Assembly: GCA_030390025.1 (NCBI GenBank)
Contig: CM059431.1
Span: 144,648,001-144,712,000, forward strand
Length of the DNA stretch: 64,000 nucleotides
From: Squalus acanthias
Lineage: Eukaryota
Direction of reading: 5' to 3'
Position numbers and translations under genes: made by a program. Below the pieces are notes generated by a model that saw only the letters and a list, made by a program, of their open reading frames with translations, ran no database searches and was not told the DNA's origin. The first letter of the stretch is position 1, and every line of letters begins with the position of its first letter. Of the stretch, positions 37,072 to 48,500 are shown piece by piece.

Positions 37072-37113
37072 TCACCTGAGGAAGGGGCGATCAATAGCTC
37101 CGAAAGCTTGTGA
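37072..37113 (+). ncRNA. Minimal type I hammerhead ribozyme motif (right arm)
   Basis: TCAC-CTGAGGA-AGGGGCGATCAATAGCTCC-GAAAGCTT-GTGA: stem I TCAC/GTGA, stem II GGGGC/GCTCC, palindromic AGCT in place of stem III. Confidence 0.7.
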
Positions 37114-40100
37114 TTTCAAATAAAACTGTTGGACTATAACCTGGTGTTGTGCGACCTCTCAATTTTGTGCACCCCAGTCCAACACCGGCATCTCCGCATC
37201 ATGACCGCTTTATAAATAGTGGCATAGTAATATAGGAACATAGGAACAGGAGTAGGCCATTCATTCACTCGAGATTGTTCCTCCATTCAATTCGATCATG
37301 GCTGAGCTGTATCTCAACTCCATCTACCCACCTTGTTTCCATAACACTAAATAACATCGCCTAAAAAAAATTCAGTGACAGCTTTGTAATTTTCAATTGA
37401 CCGAGCCTCAACAGCTTTTTAAGGCGAGTGTTCCAGATTTCCACTACACTGTCTGAAGAAGTGTTTTCTAACATCACCCCTGAACGGCCGAGTTCTGTGT
37501 TTAAGGTTATGCCCCCTTTTTCTGGATTACTCCACCAAGGGAAATAGTTTCTTTCTATCCTAGCAATTCCTTTGATCATCTTAAACACCTCAATTAGTTC
37601 ACCCCTTAAACTTGTATAATCAAGGGAATAAAAGCTTTGTCTATGCAATCTATCCTCATAAGTTAAAGCTTTTAGCCCCGGTATCGTTCTGGTGAATCTG
37701 AGCTGCACCACCTCCAAAGCCAAGATATTGTTGCCGAGGTGCGGTGCCCAGAACTAAACACAGTTCTGTAAATGGGTCTAACCAGAGCTCTGTACAGCTG
37801 GAACAGAACTTCTACTCCTTTGTATTCTAGCAAAATATTCAACTAGATTAGTCAGACATGAATGACCTTTAATAAAGCTATGCTGGTTCTCTGATCAGCT
37901 CATTTTGCTCAAATGCTCAGTCACTCGATCCTTAATGACCAATTCTAATAGCTTCCCCTTAATCGACGTTAAAATGACATGCATGTAGTTCCCTAAATTT
38001 CTATCTCATCCATCTTAAAAAGTGGAGTGACGATAGTAATTTCCAGTCTACCGGCACAATTCCCAAATCAAGAAAGCTTTGAAGGATTCTAACTAACTCT
38101 TCTGCAATTTCCACCCTACTTCTTTTAATAACCTTGGGTGGAAATCAACAGGTGGGAGATTTATCTATCCAAACTTCCAATATTTTCTCCATCAACATTT
38201 TTACTATTATGAGCACAGTAAATTCCTCTCGATTTATTTTTATTTTGCCTTCTCTCACTGGTATTTTGTCCTTTTCATCTACTGTGAAAACTGACACAAA
38301 GTGTTCGTTAAATAAATCTGCTCTTACCTGGTTAGCTATTACTGTATCATCTGTGTCTGCCTTTAATGGCCCACATCTCCCTCAGCCACCCTCTTAATCT
38401 TAATATATTTATATGAATTGTCACTATTAGCTTTTATATTACTTGCAAGGTACTTTCGTATTCCCTTTTCGTGGCTCATTTGTCCCGATTCTAACTGTGC
38501 GGGAATGAGCTACATTCGTATCACAGCTCTATTGATCTCGGTGTTCGGTCTTTTATAATGATAATCTGATCTGGATACTCTCGATTTCTACAATTCCCAT
38601 CACCTGTACAGGTTATTTTCCAACGAAGCTCATTTATTAACCATAGAACAATGGTGCTAAAATCCAGGAGATAGTCTCATGTTAATGAGTAACAGTCTGG
38701 GCCTTGATAAGGATGTTCACACCCAAGAGCATCAGGCTCTGGGTTTCAATTACTGGAACATGAATCAGTAAATGTGTGCAGTAAACAAGTGAAAGTTCAG
38801 CATCGTTGACCGGTCAACATTCATACAATGCGCTGAAATGCGTCCTTTTCATTTCCTCTTTCTATTTAGATGTTTGATACCGGGTTCCATTCATTGTGGG
38901 CCTGGCAAACTCTGAAAATTAAATTCATTGGCTCCTCGGTGCGTGTTAGCTCAACTGCTGAAAACAGCCTGCGTCTATCTACCCTGTCCCATCCGCCCAT
39001 AATTTTAAACACATCTCTCATATCGCTCCATAATATGTGTTGTTCTAATGAAAAAAGCGGCGTTATTCTAAGTAGTTGATTGTACTTGTTTTTCAGCTAT
39101 TGGCAGCTTCCTGGTGAATCGTTTTGTTCACTCTCTCGAGGCTCAATATCCTCCCTAAAGCCTGGAGCGCGATACTGCCCACAGTACTCTAATGCTACAG
39201 GCATATCTGGTGTTCTTCATTGCAGAGTGAATAATTAAAGGAGGGTTTCGGGTCACTGGGGTCACAAAGCACAATATAATTTTTAACGAGTTGCTTCATT
39301 ATCAGTGGCGGTATTTTTTTCTGTAACGGTGTCAAGATGTAATTAGAGTGGGAGGAGGTTCCCGTGCAGTATAAACACAGCATAGACCTTGGGCCGAATG
39401 GACTGCTTCTCTGCTGCAGTTTCTATTTAATTCTAATCTGCCCTGAACAAAGTCACAAACTCCAACCTCCGTGTCTGTGACCATGGTGCGTAACCCTTCC
39501 TTGTCCATCATTCACCTTTCCACAGCATTCGATATGGTCTCATCTGGCATCCTTTTCCATGTAATGACCTCCATTGTCCATCCCATAAAACTGCTCCTCG
39601 TGCGCTTCCTGTCCTAGCTCCCCGATCGCAGATAGCAAATCTCCAGCAATGGGTTAACGTTCGGAATTCTATCCCTCTCGTCGGCTAATATTGAAGCTAT
39701 GATGCTGCTTCTGGTGCCTAGTAACCGATTACTGTAGCACCAGTGGCAGATTTGATAGATTCAATGTCAGAGTCCAGCAATTAGCCATGGAGTAAAACCT
39801 CTGTGCCGAGATCGCCTCATCATGCACCTCCATTGACTAGGCAAGACTGCATCATAGAATCGTAGCATGATACAGCACAGAAAGAGGTAATTCGGCCCGT
39901 CATGCCTGTTCTGACTCTTTGGAATAGCTATCCAATTACTGTATTACCACTGTCCCTCTCTTTCCCTCATAGCCCTGTAATTGTTTTGCCTTTAAATATT
40001 AATCCAATTCTCTTTTGAATGTTACAACAGAATCTGCTTCCACCACCCTTTCGGGCAATGGATTCCAGATCACACCAACTCGCTGTGTAACAGACTGTTT

Positions 40101-41114
40101 CCTCATGTTGTCTCTGGTTATTTTGCTACTAACTTTATATCTGCGTCGTCTGTTTATCGACCCTTCTGCCACAGGAAACAGTTTCTCCTCATTTACTGAT
40201 CTAAACCATTCATGATTTTGAACACCTCCATGAAATCTCCTCTTAACTGTCGCTGCTCCAAAGAGAACAAATCAGCTTTGCCAGTCTCGCCCCATAACTG
40301 TAGTCTCTCATCCTTGGTGCAATTCTCTCAAATCTCTTCTGCACCATCTCCAAGGCCTTGATATCCTTCCTAAAGTGTGGCATCAGAATTGGAACCAATA
40401 CTCTAGCTGAGGCCGAACCAGTCTTTTATAACGGGTTAACTTAACTTCCTTGCTTTTATTCTCTATTCCTCTTGTAATAAAGCCAAGGGCATCTCTCATG
40501 GTGTCAGCATCTGACTAATGAGCACTGCAGGAGGTGAGGACATTCACCACTATTCCACTAATATTAACACTAATGTGCAATGTTATCAGTTGTGTGACTT
40601 TAAGTAGATTGGTGACACACAACATTTTTGTTTGGAATATCTTTAGGGGTTTTACAATCTCCAGAAACGCCTTAAATACATAACTGGTTTGATCTGACTG
40701 CTGTTTTACAATCACAATTCTCCACTTGTGCGCGCGCGTGTCTCGCTGTGTGTGCGTCCCCACACACGTGTGTCCAATCAAACTCTCAGTCAGTGTCCTT
40801 TCCTTTTCCCACTGCGGAAATGTAAAAGCGATCCAGTCTCAGATCAGTAATTTCTACTAACTTTAGTTGAAATTATTCGCCAGCATTAAATTATAACCAA
40901 GTTTGAGACCTTGTAAGATTCAGTTTTCTGCTGTTTCACACACGCAGACACTGGTATAATAAATACATGACAGCAACAACAGCACAGTGGGGAATCAAGC
41001 TGAATACAGAAAGTACAGAGGAGAAATCAAAAAGGAACTAAGGGGGCACGGAAAAAATGAGAAAAGATTAGTGGTAATATAATAGGGAATACTAAACACT
41101 TTCTTAAACATATA

Positions 41115-42025
41115 GGGGGGAAAATTCAGTTGGTTGCGCCTCCCGTTAGGGCCTTGAGAGGGCGCTAATGGGGCGCAAAGCATCTAGCGCCCAGGCGCGG
41201 CGATGTTTGCGCTGCTCGCGAAATTAACTAGACATTTTGCGGTGGCACTAAACACTACCGCCACGATCTCCTGCGCCGGCAGATCGTGACGTCAGTCGAG
41301 TGTGCAACGCCCCGGAGCGGATATTGAGTGGCGCCCCCCGCCTTACCACCTGACGCTAGCAACGACAGGTTGAGTGGAGCGTTTTGCAGTCAGGAAGGGA
41401 CTGGGGGAGCGCTATTTAAAGGCGACTGCTTCCTGCCTTTTATTGTTGGTGCCATTTTTGAACCACGCATTCTGAGTGAGTGAGTGAGTGAGTGAGAGTG
41501 AGTGAGTGAGTGAGTGAATGAGAGAGAGAGAGAGAGTCAACGCTGTGTGAAGGAGTTTTGGGTACTGAGCAGCACTTTGCAGGTTCATTTTGATTTGCCC
41601 TTCCTTGTATCGATTTAGAAGAGACTGTGGGGGCTGCACTCTGAGCTCTTTCCCTGGTACTCTCCATTGTTCTTTCCAGCAGATTTGATGTGCAGGTCTC
41701 TCCAGGCCGAGATTCAAGGCTGCAATGAGCAGGATGTGGATGGAAAGCAAGATCAACCATCCACTTTAAGAACTGGCCCGTGCCATTGTGTGTGTTCCAT
41801 TGCTGACTGACATCACATGAGCTTCGCCAGCACTCTGAGGTAGCGCCTCGCTCCTCGGCCTTTGCGCCTTAAGACAGGTGTGAAGCGCCTGATTTAGCCC
41901 TCCAATCACCTCCAGGGGCGATAAAAGTCAAGTTTGCCGTCAGTGGCGATAATTAGCGCCAGGCGCTAATCTTTGCGCCCGGCCGATAATTGCGCCCCAA
42001 ATGGGGCGGTACTGAATTTCTCCCC
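41115..42025. mobile_element. Non-autonomous TIR element (Harbinger-like MITE)
   Basis: TIRs ggggggaaaattcagt / actgaatttctcccc, 3-bp ATA duplication, empty site acatataaa in copy 1 (~35106); internal (TGAG)n. Confidence 0.85.
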
Positions 42026-42336
42026 ATAAAGCCTAAAAGGACAGTCAACGGAAAGGTGCGACAATTAAGGACCAAAAGGGCAATCTTCTTGTGGATGCAG
42101 TGGGCATGGCTGAGGTACTAAATGATTACTTTGCATCTGCCTTCACTAAAGAAAAGGATGCTGCCAATGTTACAAAGGAGAAGGTGGTAGAGAAATTGGA
42201 AAGGATATAAATAGACCAAGAGGATGTACTAAAACAGTTGACAGCGCTCAAAATAGAAAAGTCACTGGTCTGGATGGGATGTATCCTGGGTTGCTGAATA
42301 AGGGAGTGGTACCACAGGATTGGAGATCTGCAAATA

Positions 42337-43240
42337 AGAACATAAGACGTAGGAGCAGGAGTAGGTCATTTGGCCCCTCGAGCCTGCTCCGCAATTCAAT
42401 GAGATCATGGTTGATCTGATCTTGGCCTCAACTCCACTTCCCTACCCGCTCCCCATAACCCTTGACTCCCTTACCATTCAAAAATCTGTATCTCCAGCTT
42501 AAATATTTTCAATGACCCAGCCTCCACAGCTCTCTGGGGAAGAGAATTCCAAAGACTCACGAAACTCTGAAAGAAGAAATTCCTCATTTCCGATTTAAAA
42601 GGGTGCCCCCTTATTCTGAAATTATGCCCCTAGTTCCAGATTCCCCCACGAGGGGAAACAGCCTCTCTGCATCTACCCTGTCAAGCCCCTTCAGTATCAT
42701 ATATGTTTCAATAAGATCCCCTCTCATTCTTCTAAACTCCAATGAGTATAGGCCCAACCTGCTCAACCTTTCTTCAGAAGACAACCCCTTCATCTCCAGA
42801 ATCAACCACATGAACCTTCTCTGAACTGCCTCCAATGTAAGTATATCCTTCCTTAAATAAGGAGAACAAAACTGTACGCAGTACTCCAGGTGTGGTCTCA
42901 CCAACGCCCTGTACAGTTGCAACAGGACTTCCCTACTTTTATACTACATTCCCTTTGCAATAAAGGCCAACACACCATTTGCCTTCCTAATTACTTGCTG
43001 TACCTGCATGCTAACTTTTTGAGATTCATGTACAAGGACCCCCAGATCCTTCTGTACCTCAGCATTTTGTAATCTCTCCCCTTTAAATAATAATTTGCTT
43101 TTTTATTTTTCCTACCAAAGTAGATAACCTTGCATTTTCCCACATTAAATGCCATCTACCAGATGTTTGCCCACTCACTTAGCCTATCCATATCCCTTTG
43201 GAGATTCTTTGCGTCCTCCACACGGTTTGCTTTCCCAAAT
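42337..43240 (-). mobile_element. CR1 3' fragment
   Basis: LYRALVRPHLEYCVQF motif and CR1 tail. Confidence 0.9.
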
Positions 43241-45589
43241 GTTACCCCCTTATTTAAAAATGGGGTGCGATAAACCAAGTAACTACAAACCACTCAGTCT
43301 AGCGTCGGTGTTGAGGAAACTTCTAGAGACAACTCTGCGTCAATAGCCAGAGACAGAACTACTTGTCACTTGGCAGAACAAGGGTTAACAAACGACATCC
43401 AAAACAGATTGGTTAAAGGCAAATCAAGTCTGACTTGTTTCATTTCTTTGATGAAATTAGGGAGCGGACTGTTGAAGGTTGTACAGTTGATGTTGTGTCT
43501 ATGGAATTTTAGAAGACTTTTGAAAAGTACCTCTTAATAGACTTGTTGGCAAAATTGAAGCCAATGACATTAAAGGTGCAATGTTAGCGTGGATACTGCA
43601 TTAGGAAAGGGACAGAAAGCAGAAGGTTGTGGTGAAGCGAGGTTTTTCAGACTGGAGAGAAGTTATAGTGGTATCCCCAGGGGTCGGTATTTAGAGCATT
43701 GCTCTTTTTAATATATATCAATGACCTGGACTTGGGTGTACAGGGCATCATTTCATAGTTTGCAGATAACACAAAAATCGGAAGAGTCGTAAACCCTGAG
43801 GAGGATAATAGAAGATGTCAGGAGGACATAAACCGTCTTGTGAAATGCACAGACATATGGCAGGTGAAATTTAATGCAGAGAAGTGTGAAGTGATGCATT
43901 TTGGAAGAAAGAATGAGCAGATGCAATATAAAACAAATAGTACAAGAGTAAAGGGGGTGCAAGAACAGACAAACATGGGGGCATACATCCAGAAATCTTT
44001 GAAGGTGGCAGGACAAGTTCATAAGGCTTTTAGAAAAGCATATGGGACCACTGGCTTTGCAAATAGAGACATAGGAATATAGGAACGTAGGAACAGTAGG
44101 CTATTCATTGGCTCGATCCTGTTCCACCATTCAATTCAATCATGGCTGGTCTTTATCTTAACTCCATTTACCCGCCTTGGTTCCATAAGCCTAAATACCC
44201 TGGTCAAACAAAAATCGATCAAACTCAGTTTTGAAATTTTCAATTGACCCCCAGCCTCAACAGCTGTTGAGTGCGAGTGTTCCAGATTTCTACTAACCTT
44301 TGTGTGAAGAAATGCTTTCTAACGTCACCACTGAACGGCCTAGCTCTGCTTTTAATGTTATGCCCCCTTGTACTGGCCTCCTCCATCAGAAGAAACAGTT
44401 TATCTCTTTTTATCTTATCAATTACATTGATCATCTTAAATACCTCAATTAGATCACCCCTTAATATTGTATATTCAAGGGAATACAAGCTTTGTCTATG
44501 CAATCAGTCCAAGTAATTTAACTCTTAACTCTGAGCTGCACCACCACCAAATCCAAGATATCCTTCCTGAGGTGCAGTGCCCAGAATCTAACACAGTACA
44601 CGAAATCAGTTCTAACCAGAGCTCTGTACAGCTGCAACATTACTTTTGTATTCCATCCGTCCCGAGATAAAGCCGAACATTCCAATCGCCTTTTAACTTA
44701 TTTTTGTACTTATCCACTAGCTTCTAGTAATTTCTATACTTGGAGCCCTAATTCTCGCTGCTCATCCACGGTTCCCAGCTTCTCACTATTTAGAAAATAC
44801 TCTGATCTCTTTTTAGGTGCAAAGTGAATTACCAAACACTTTCCCACATTGAACTCTATCTGCCACAGTTTTGCCCACAGAGAACAAACACAATGGAATT
44901 ATGCTCAGCCATCATCAAACACTGGTTAGGCCTCAGCTAGAGCATTGTGTCAAATTCTGGGCACCGCACTTTAGGAAGGCTTTCAAGGCCTTGGAGAGGG
45001 TGGAGAGGAGATTTACTAGAATGGTAACAGAGAGGAGGGACTTCACTACATGGAGACACTAGATAATCTGGTTCTCCTTAGAGCAGAAAAGGTTAAGAGG
45101 AGATTTAATAGAAGTGTTCAAAATCATGAAGGTGTTTTGATAGAGCAAATAAGCAGCAACTGTATCCACGGACAGAAGGGTCGGTAAACAGAGGACACAG
45201 ATTTAATGTAATTAACAAAAGAGCCAGAGGTGAGATGAGGAGGTTGTTTTTAGGCATCGAGTTATGATGATCTGGAATGCACTGTCTGAAAGAGTGGTGG
45301 GAGCAGAGCCAATAGTAACTTTTAAAACTGAATTAGTTAAATACACGAAGGGGAGAACATTAGCAGTGCTCTGGGGACAGAGCAGGGGAGTGGGACACAT
45401 TGGAGTGCTCTTTCAAAGAGCCGGTACAGGCACGTTGTGCAGAATGACCTTCTTTGTTGTATGATTCCAAGTTTCTGATGGTATCGACCTCTGACTGTTC
45501 CTAAGCGTGTAATAAACGATAAATGTACTTGAATGCTATTTACAGAAGCAGACCTTTAGCGTGTGAAATTGTATTTGGAAGTCTTATTC

Positions 45590-48500
45590 TGTTAACCAGC
45601 AAAGGATGACCAAAAATTGATAAAGGGAGAAAATAGAATGAGAGTATACTAGCAAGAAACATTTAAAAAAGTGCAGGAGCTTCCAATAGTATGTAAACAT
45701 GGAGAGTAGCAGAAGTAAGCATTGGTCCCTTAGAGGCTGAGACAGGAGAAATTATAATGGGAAATAAGGAAATAGCAGAGACTTTAAACAAATATTTTGT
45801 ATCTGTCTTCACAGTAGAAGACACAAATAGCAGACCAAAAACAGCAGGGAACCAAGGGGCTGATGAGAGTAAGGAACTTAAAGTAATTAATATCAGTAGA
45901 GAAAAAAAGTACTTGAGAAACTAATGCGACTAAAAGCCGACAAATCCCCTGGATGGCCGACATCCTAGGGTTCTAAAAGAGGTGGCTGCAGAGATAGTGG
46001 ATGCATTGGTTGTGATCTTTCAAAATTCCCTAGATTCTGGAACAGTCTCAGCACATTGGAAGGTAGAAAATGTAACCCCGCTATTCAAGAAAGGGGGAAG
46101 AGAGAAAGCAGGGAACTACAGGCCAGTGAGCCTGACGTCAGGAAAATGCTGGAATCCATTATTAAGGGAGTGATAAGTGGGCACTTAGAAAATCATAATA
46201 TGATCAGGCAGAGTCAACAGGGTTTTATGAAAGGAAAATCATGCTTAACCAACTTAGTGTTTTTTGAGGATGCAACTAGCTGGGTCGATAAAGGGGATGT
46301 AATATATTTGGATTGCCAAAAGGCATTTGATAAGGTGCCACATAAAAGGTTGCTACGCAAGATAAGGGCTCATGGGGTTGAGGGTAATATATTAGCTACA
46401 AGGACAGGTTGGAGAAGCTGGATTTGTTTTCATTAGAGCAAAGGAGGTTGAGGGGTGATTTGATAGAGGGGTACAAGATTATGACAGGATTGGATAGGCT
46501 AGATGGGGAAAGGCTGTTCCTACTAGTGGATGGTACAAGGACTGGGGACAGAGATTTAAGGTTTTGGGCAAGAGATACAGGGGGTTGCGAGGAAAAACTT
46601 TTTAATGCAGCGAGTGGTGAGGACCTGGAACTCACTGCCGACAGACATGGTGGAAGCGGAGACACTCAATATTTTCAAGGGGAGACTGGATAGGCACTTG
46701 AGGGAAATAAACTTGCAGGGCTATGGGGATAGAGCGGGGGAATGGGACTGACTGGATTACTCTACAGAGAGCCTGGCACGGACTCGATGGGCCGAATGGC
46801 CTCCTTCTGTGCCGTTATGACTCTATTAGCATCGATAGAGGATTGGTTAACGGTGAGAAAACAGAGAGTAGGGATAAACAGGTCATTTTCAGCTTGGCAG
46901 GCTGTAACTAGTGGGGTGCCACAAGGATCAGTGCTTGGGCCTCTGCTATTTACAATCTATATTAATGACTTAGATGAAGGGATCGAGTGCAATGTATCCA
47001 GGTTTGCTGATGATACAAAGCTAGGTGGGAAAGTAAGCTATGAGGAGGACACAAAGAGCCTGCAAAGGGATATGGTCAGGTTAAGTGTGTGGGCAATAAG
47101 TTGACAGATGGAATATAATGTGGGGAAATGTGTGGTTATTCACTTTAGTAGGAAGAATAAAAAAATAGAACCTCTTTTAAATGGTGAAAAATTACTAAAT
47201 GTTGGTGTTCAGAGAGATTTAGGTGTTCTCGTACAGGAAACAAAGTTAGCATGCAGGTACAGCAAGCAATTAGGAAGGCGAATGGCATGTTGGACTTTAT
47301 TACAAGCGGGTTGGAATACAACGGTAAGGAAGTCTTGCTACAATTGTACAGGGCTTTGGTGAGACCACACCCGGAGTACCATGCAGTTTTGGTCTCCTTA
47401 TCGATAAAGGATGGGATAAAGACAGTAGAGAGAAAGGTTCTTAGCTCCGAAAATCAAGTAAAAGAATCAGTTTGGGTGCAGCGAAGCAACAGCAAGGGGC
47501 AGAAAATGTTGGTGGAAGTTGTTTATAGGCCCCCAAGCTGTAGTTGTAAGGTAGGGCAGAGTATGAATCAGGACATTAGAGGAGCATGTAGCAAGGGTAA
47601 TATAGTAATCATGGGTGACTTTAAGCTATATATAGACTGAGCAAACCAAATTTGGAGTAATAGTGTGGAGGACATCATCTGGGTCAATGGGACTCTCTCT
47701 GACCTTTCTCCCCAGTCCATCTCCAGGACCAGTGTGTATCTGAGTCAATGGGACTCTCTCAGACCTTTCTCCCCAGTCCATCTCCAGGACCAGTGAGTAT
47801 CTGAATCAATGGGACTCTCTCTGACCTTTCTCCCCAGTCCATCTCCAGGACCAGTGCGTATCTGAGTCAATGGGACTCTCTCTGACCTTTCTCCCCAGTC
47901 CATCTCCAGGACCAGTGTGTATCTGAGTCAATGGGACTCTCTCTGACCTTTCTCCCCAGTCCATCTCCAGGACCAGTGTGCATCTGAGTCAATGGGACAC
48001 TCTCAGACCTTTCTCCCCAGTCCATCTCCAGGACCAGTGAGTATCTGAATCAATGGGACTCTCTCTGACCTTTCTCCCCAGTCCATCCCTGGGACCAGTG
48101 TGTATCTGAGTCAATGGGACTCTCTCTGACCTTTCTCCCCAGTCCATCCCTGGGACCAGTGTGTATCTGAGTCAATGGGACTCTCTCTGACCTTTCTCCC
48201 AAGTCCATCTCCAGGACCAGTGAGTATCTGAGTCTGAATTTTAGATTGAGTTTGAAACTGATTAAGTTAAATCCAAAACTAGGGTCTTAAATCTAAACAA
48301 AGCAAACTACGTAGGTATGAGGGGCGAGTCGGCCAAGGTAGATTGGGAAACTACATTAAAAGGTATGACGGTAGACAAGCAATGGCTAGCATTTAAAGAA
48401 TTAATACATAATTTACAACAAATATACATTCCTTTCAGGCACAAAAACCCCACAGGAAAAGTGGTCCAACCATGGCTAACAAGAGAAGTTAAAGATAGTA

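Larger units (their letters stand above)
36236..37206. mobile_element. Palindromic Penelope-like insertion with 15-bp TSD
   Basis: Arms 36234-36682 and 36713-37161 are reverse complements; centre encodes THEDGLNRDLGFMSRYMT* on the minus strand; GCTTTATAAATAGTG at 36221-36235 and 37207-37221. Confidence 0.9.
34845..37830. repeat. Segmental duplication copy 1 (paralog ~40715-44700), mostly old CR1
   Basis: Shared non-TE anchor (gtcctttcctttccccactgtggaaatg) and the same order of + and - CR1 fragments with the same junctions. Confidence 0.85.
40715..44700. repeat. Segmental duplication copy 2
   Basis: Paralog of 34845-37830 with its own insertions (41115-42025, ~42337-43240) and an empty Penelope site near 44053-44070. 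Confidence 0.85.

Noticed and set aside
38471..38513. 14-bp hairpin (gtggctcatt...aatgagctac)
   Set aside because: Single copy, short, within decayed repeat sequence; consistent with chance.
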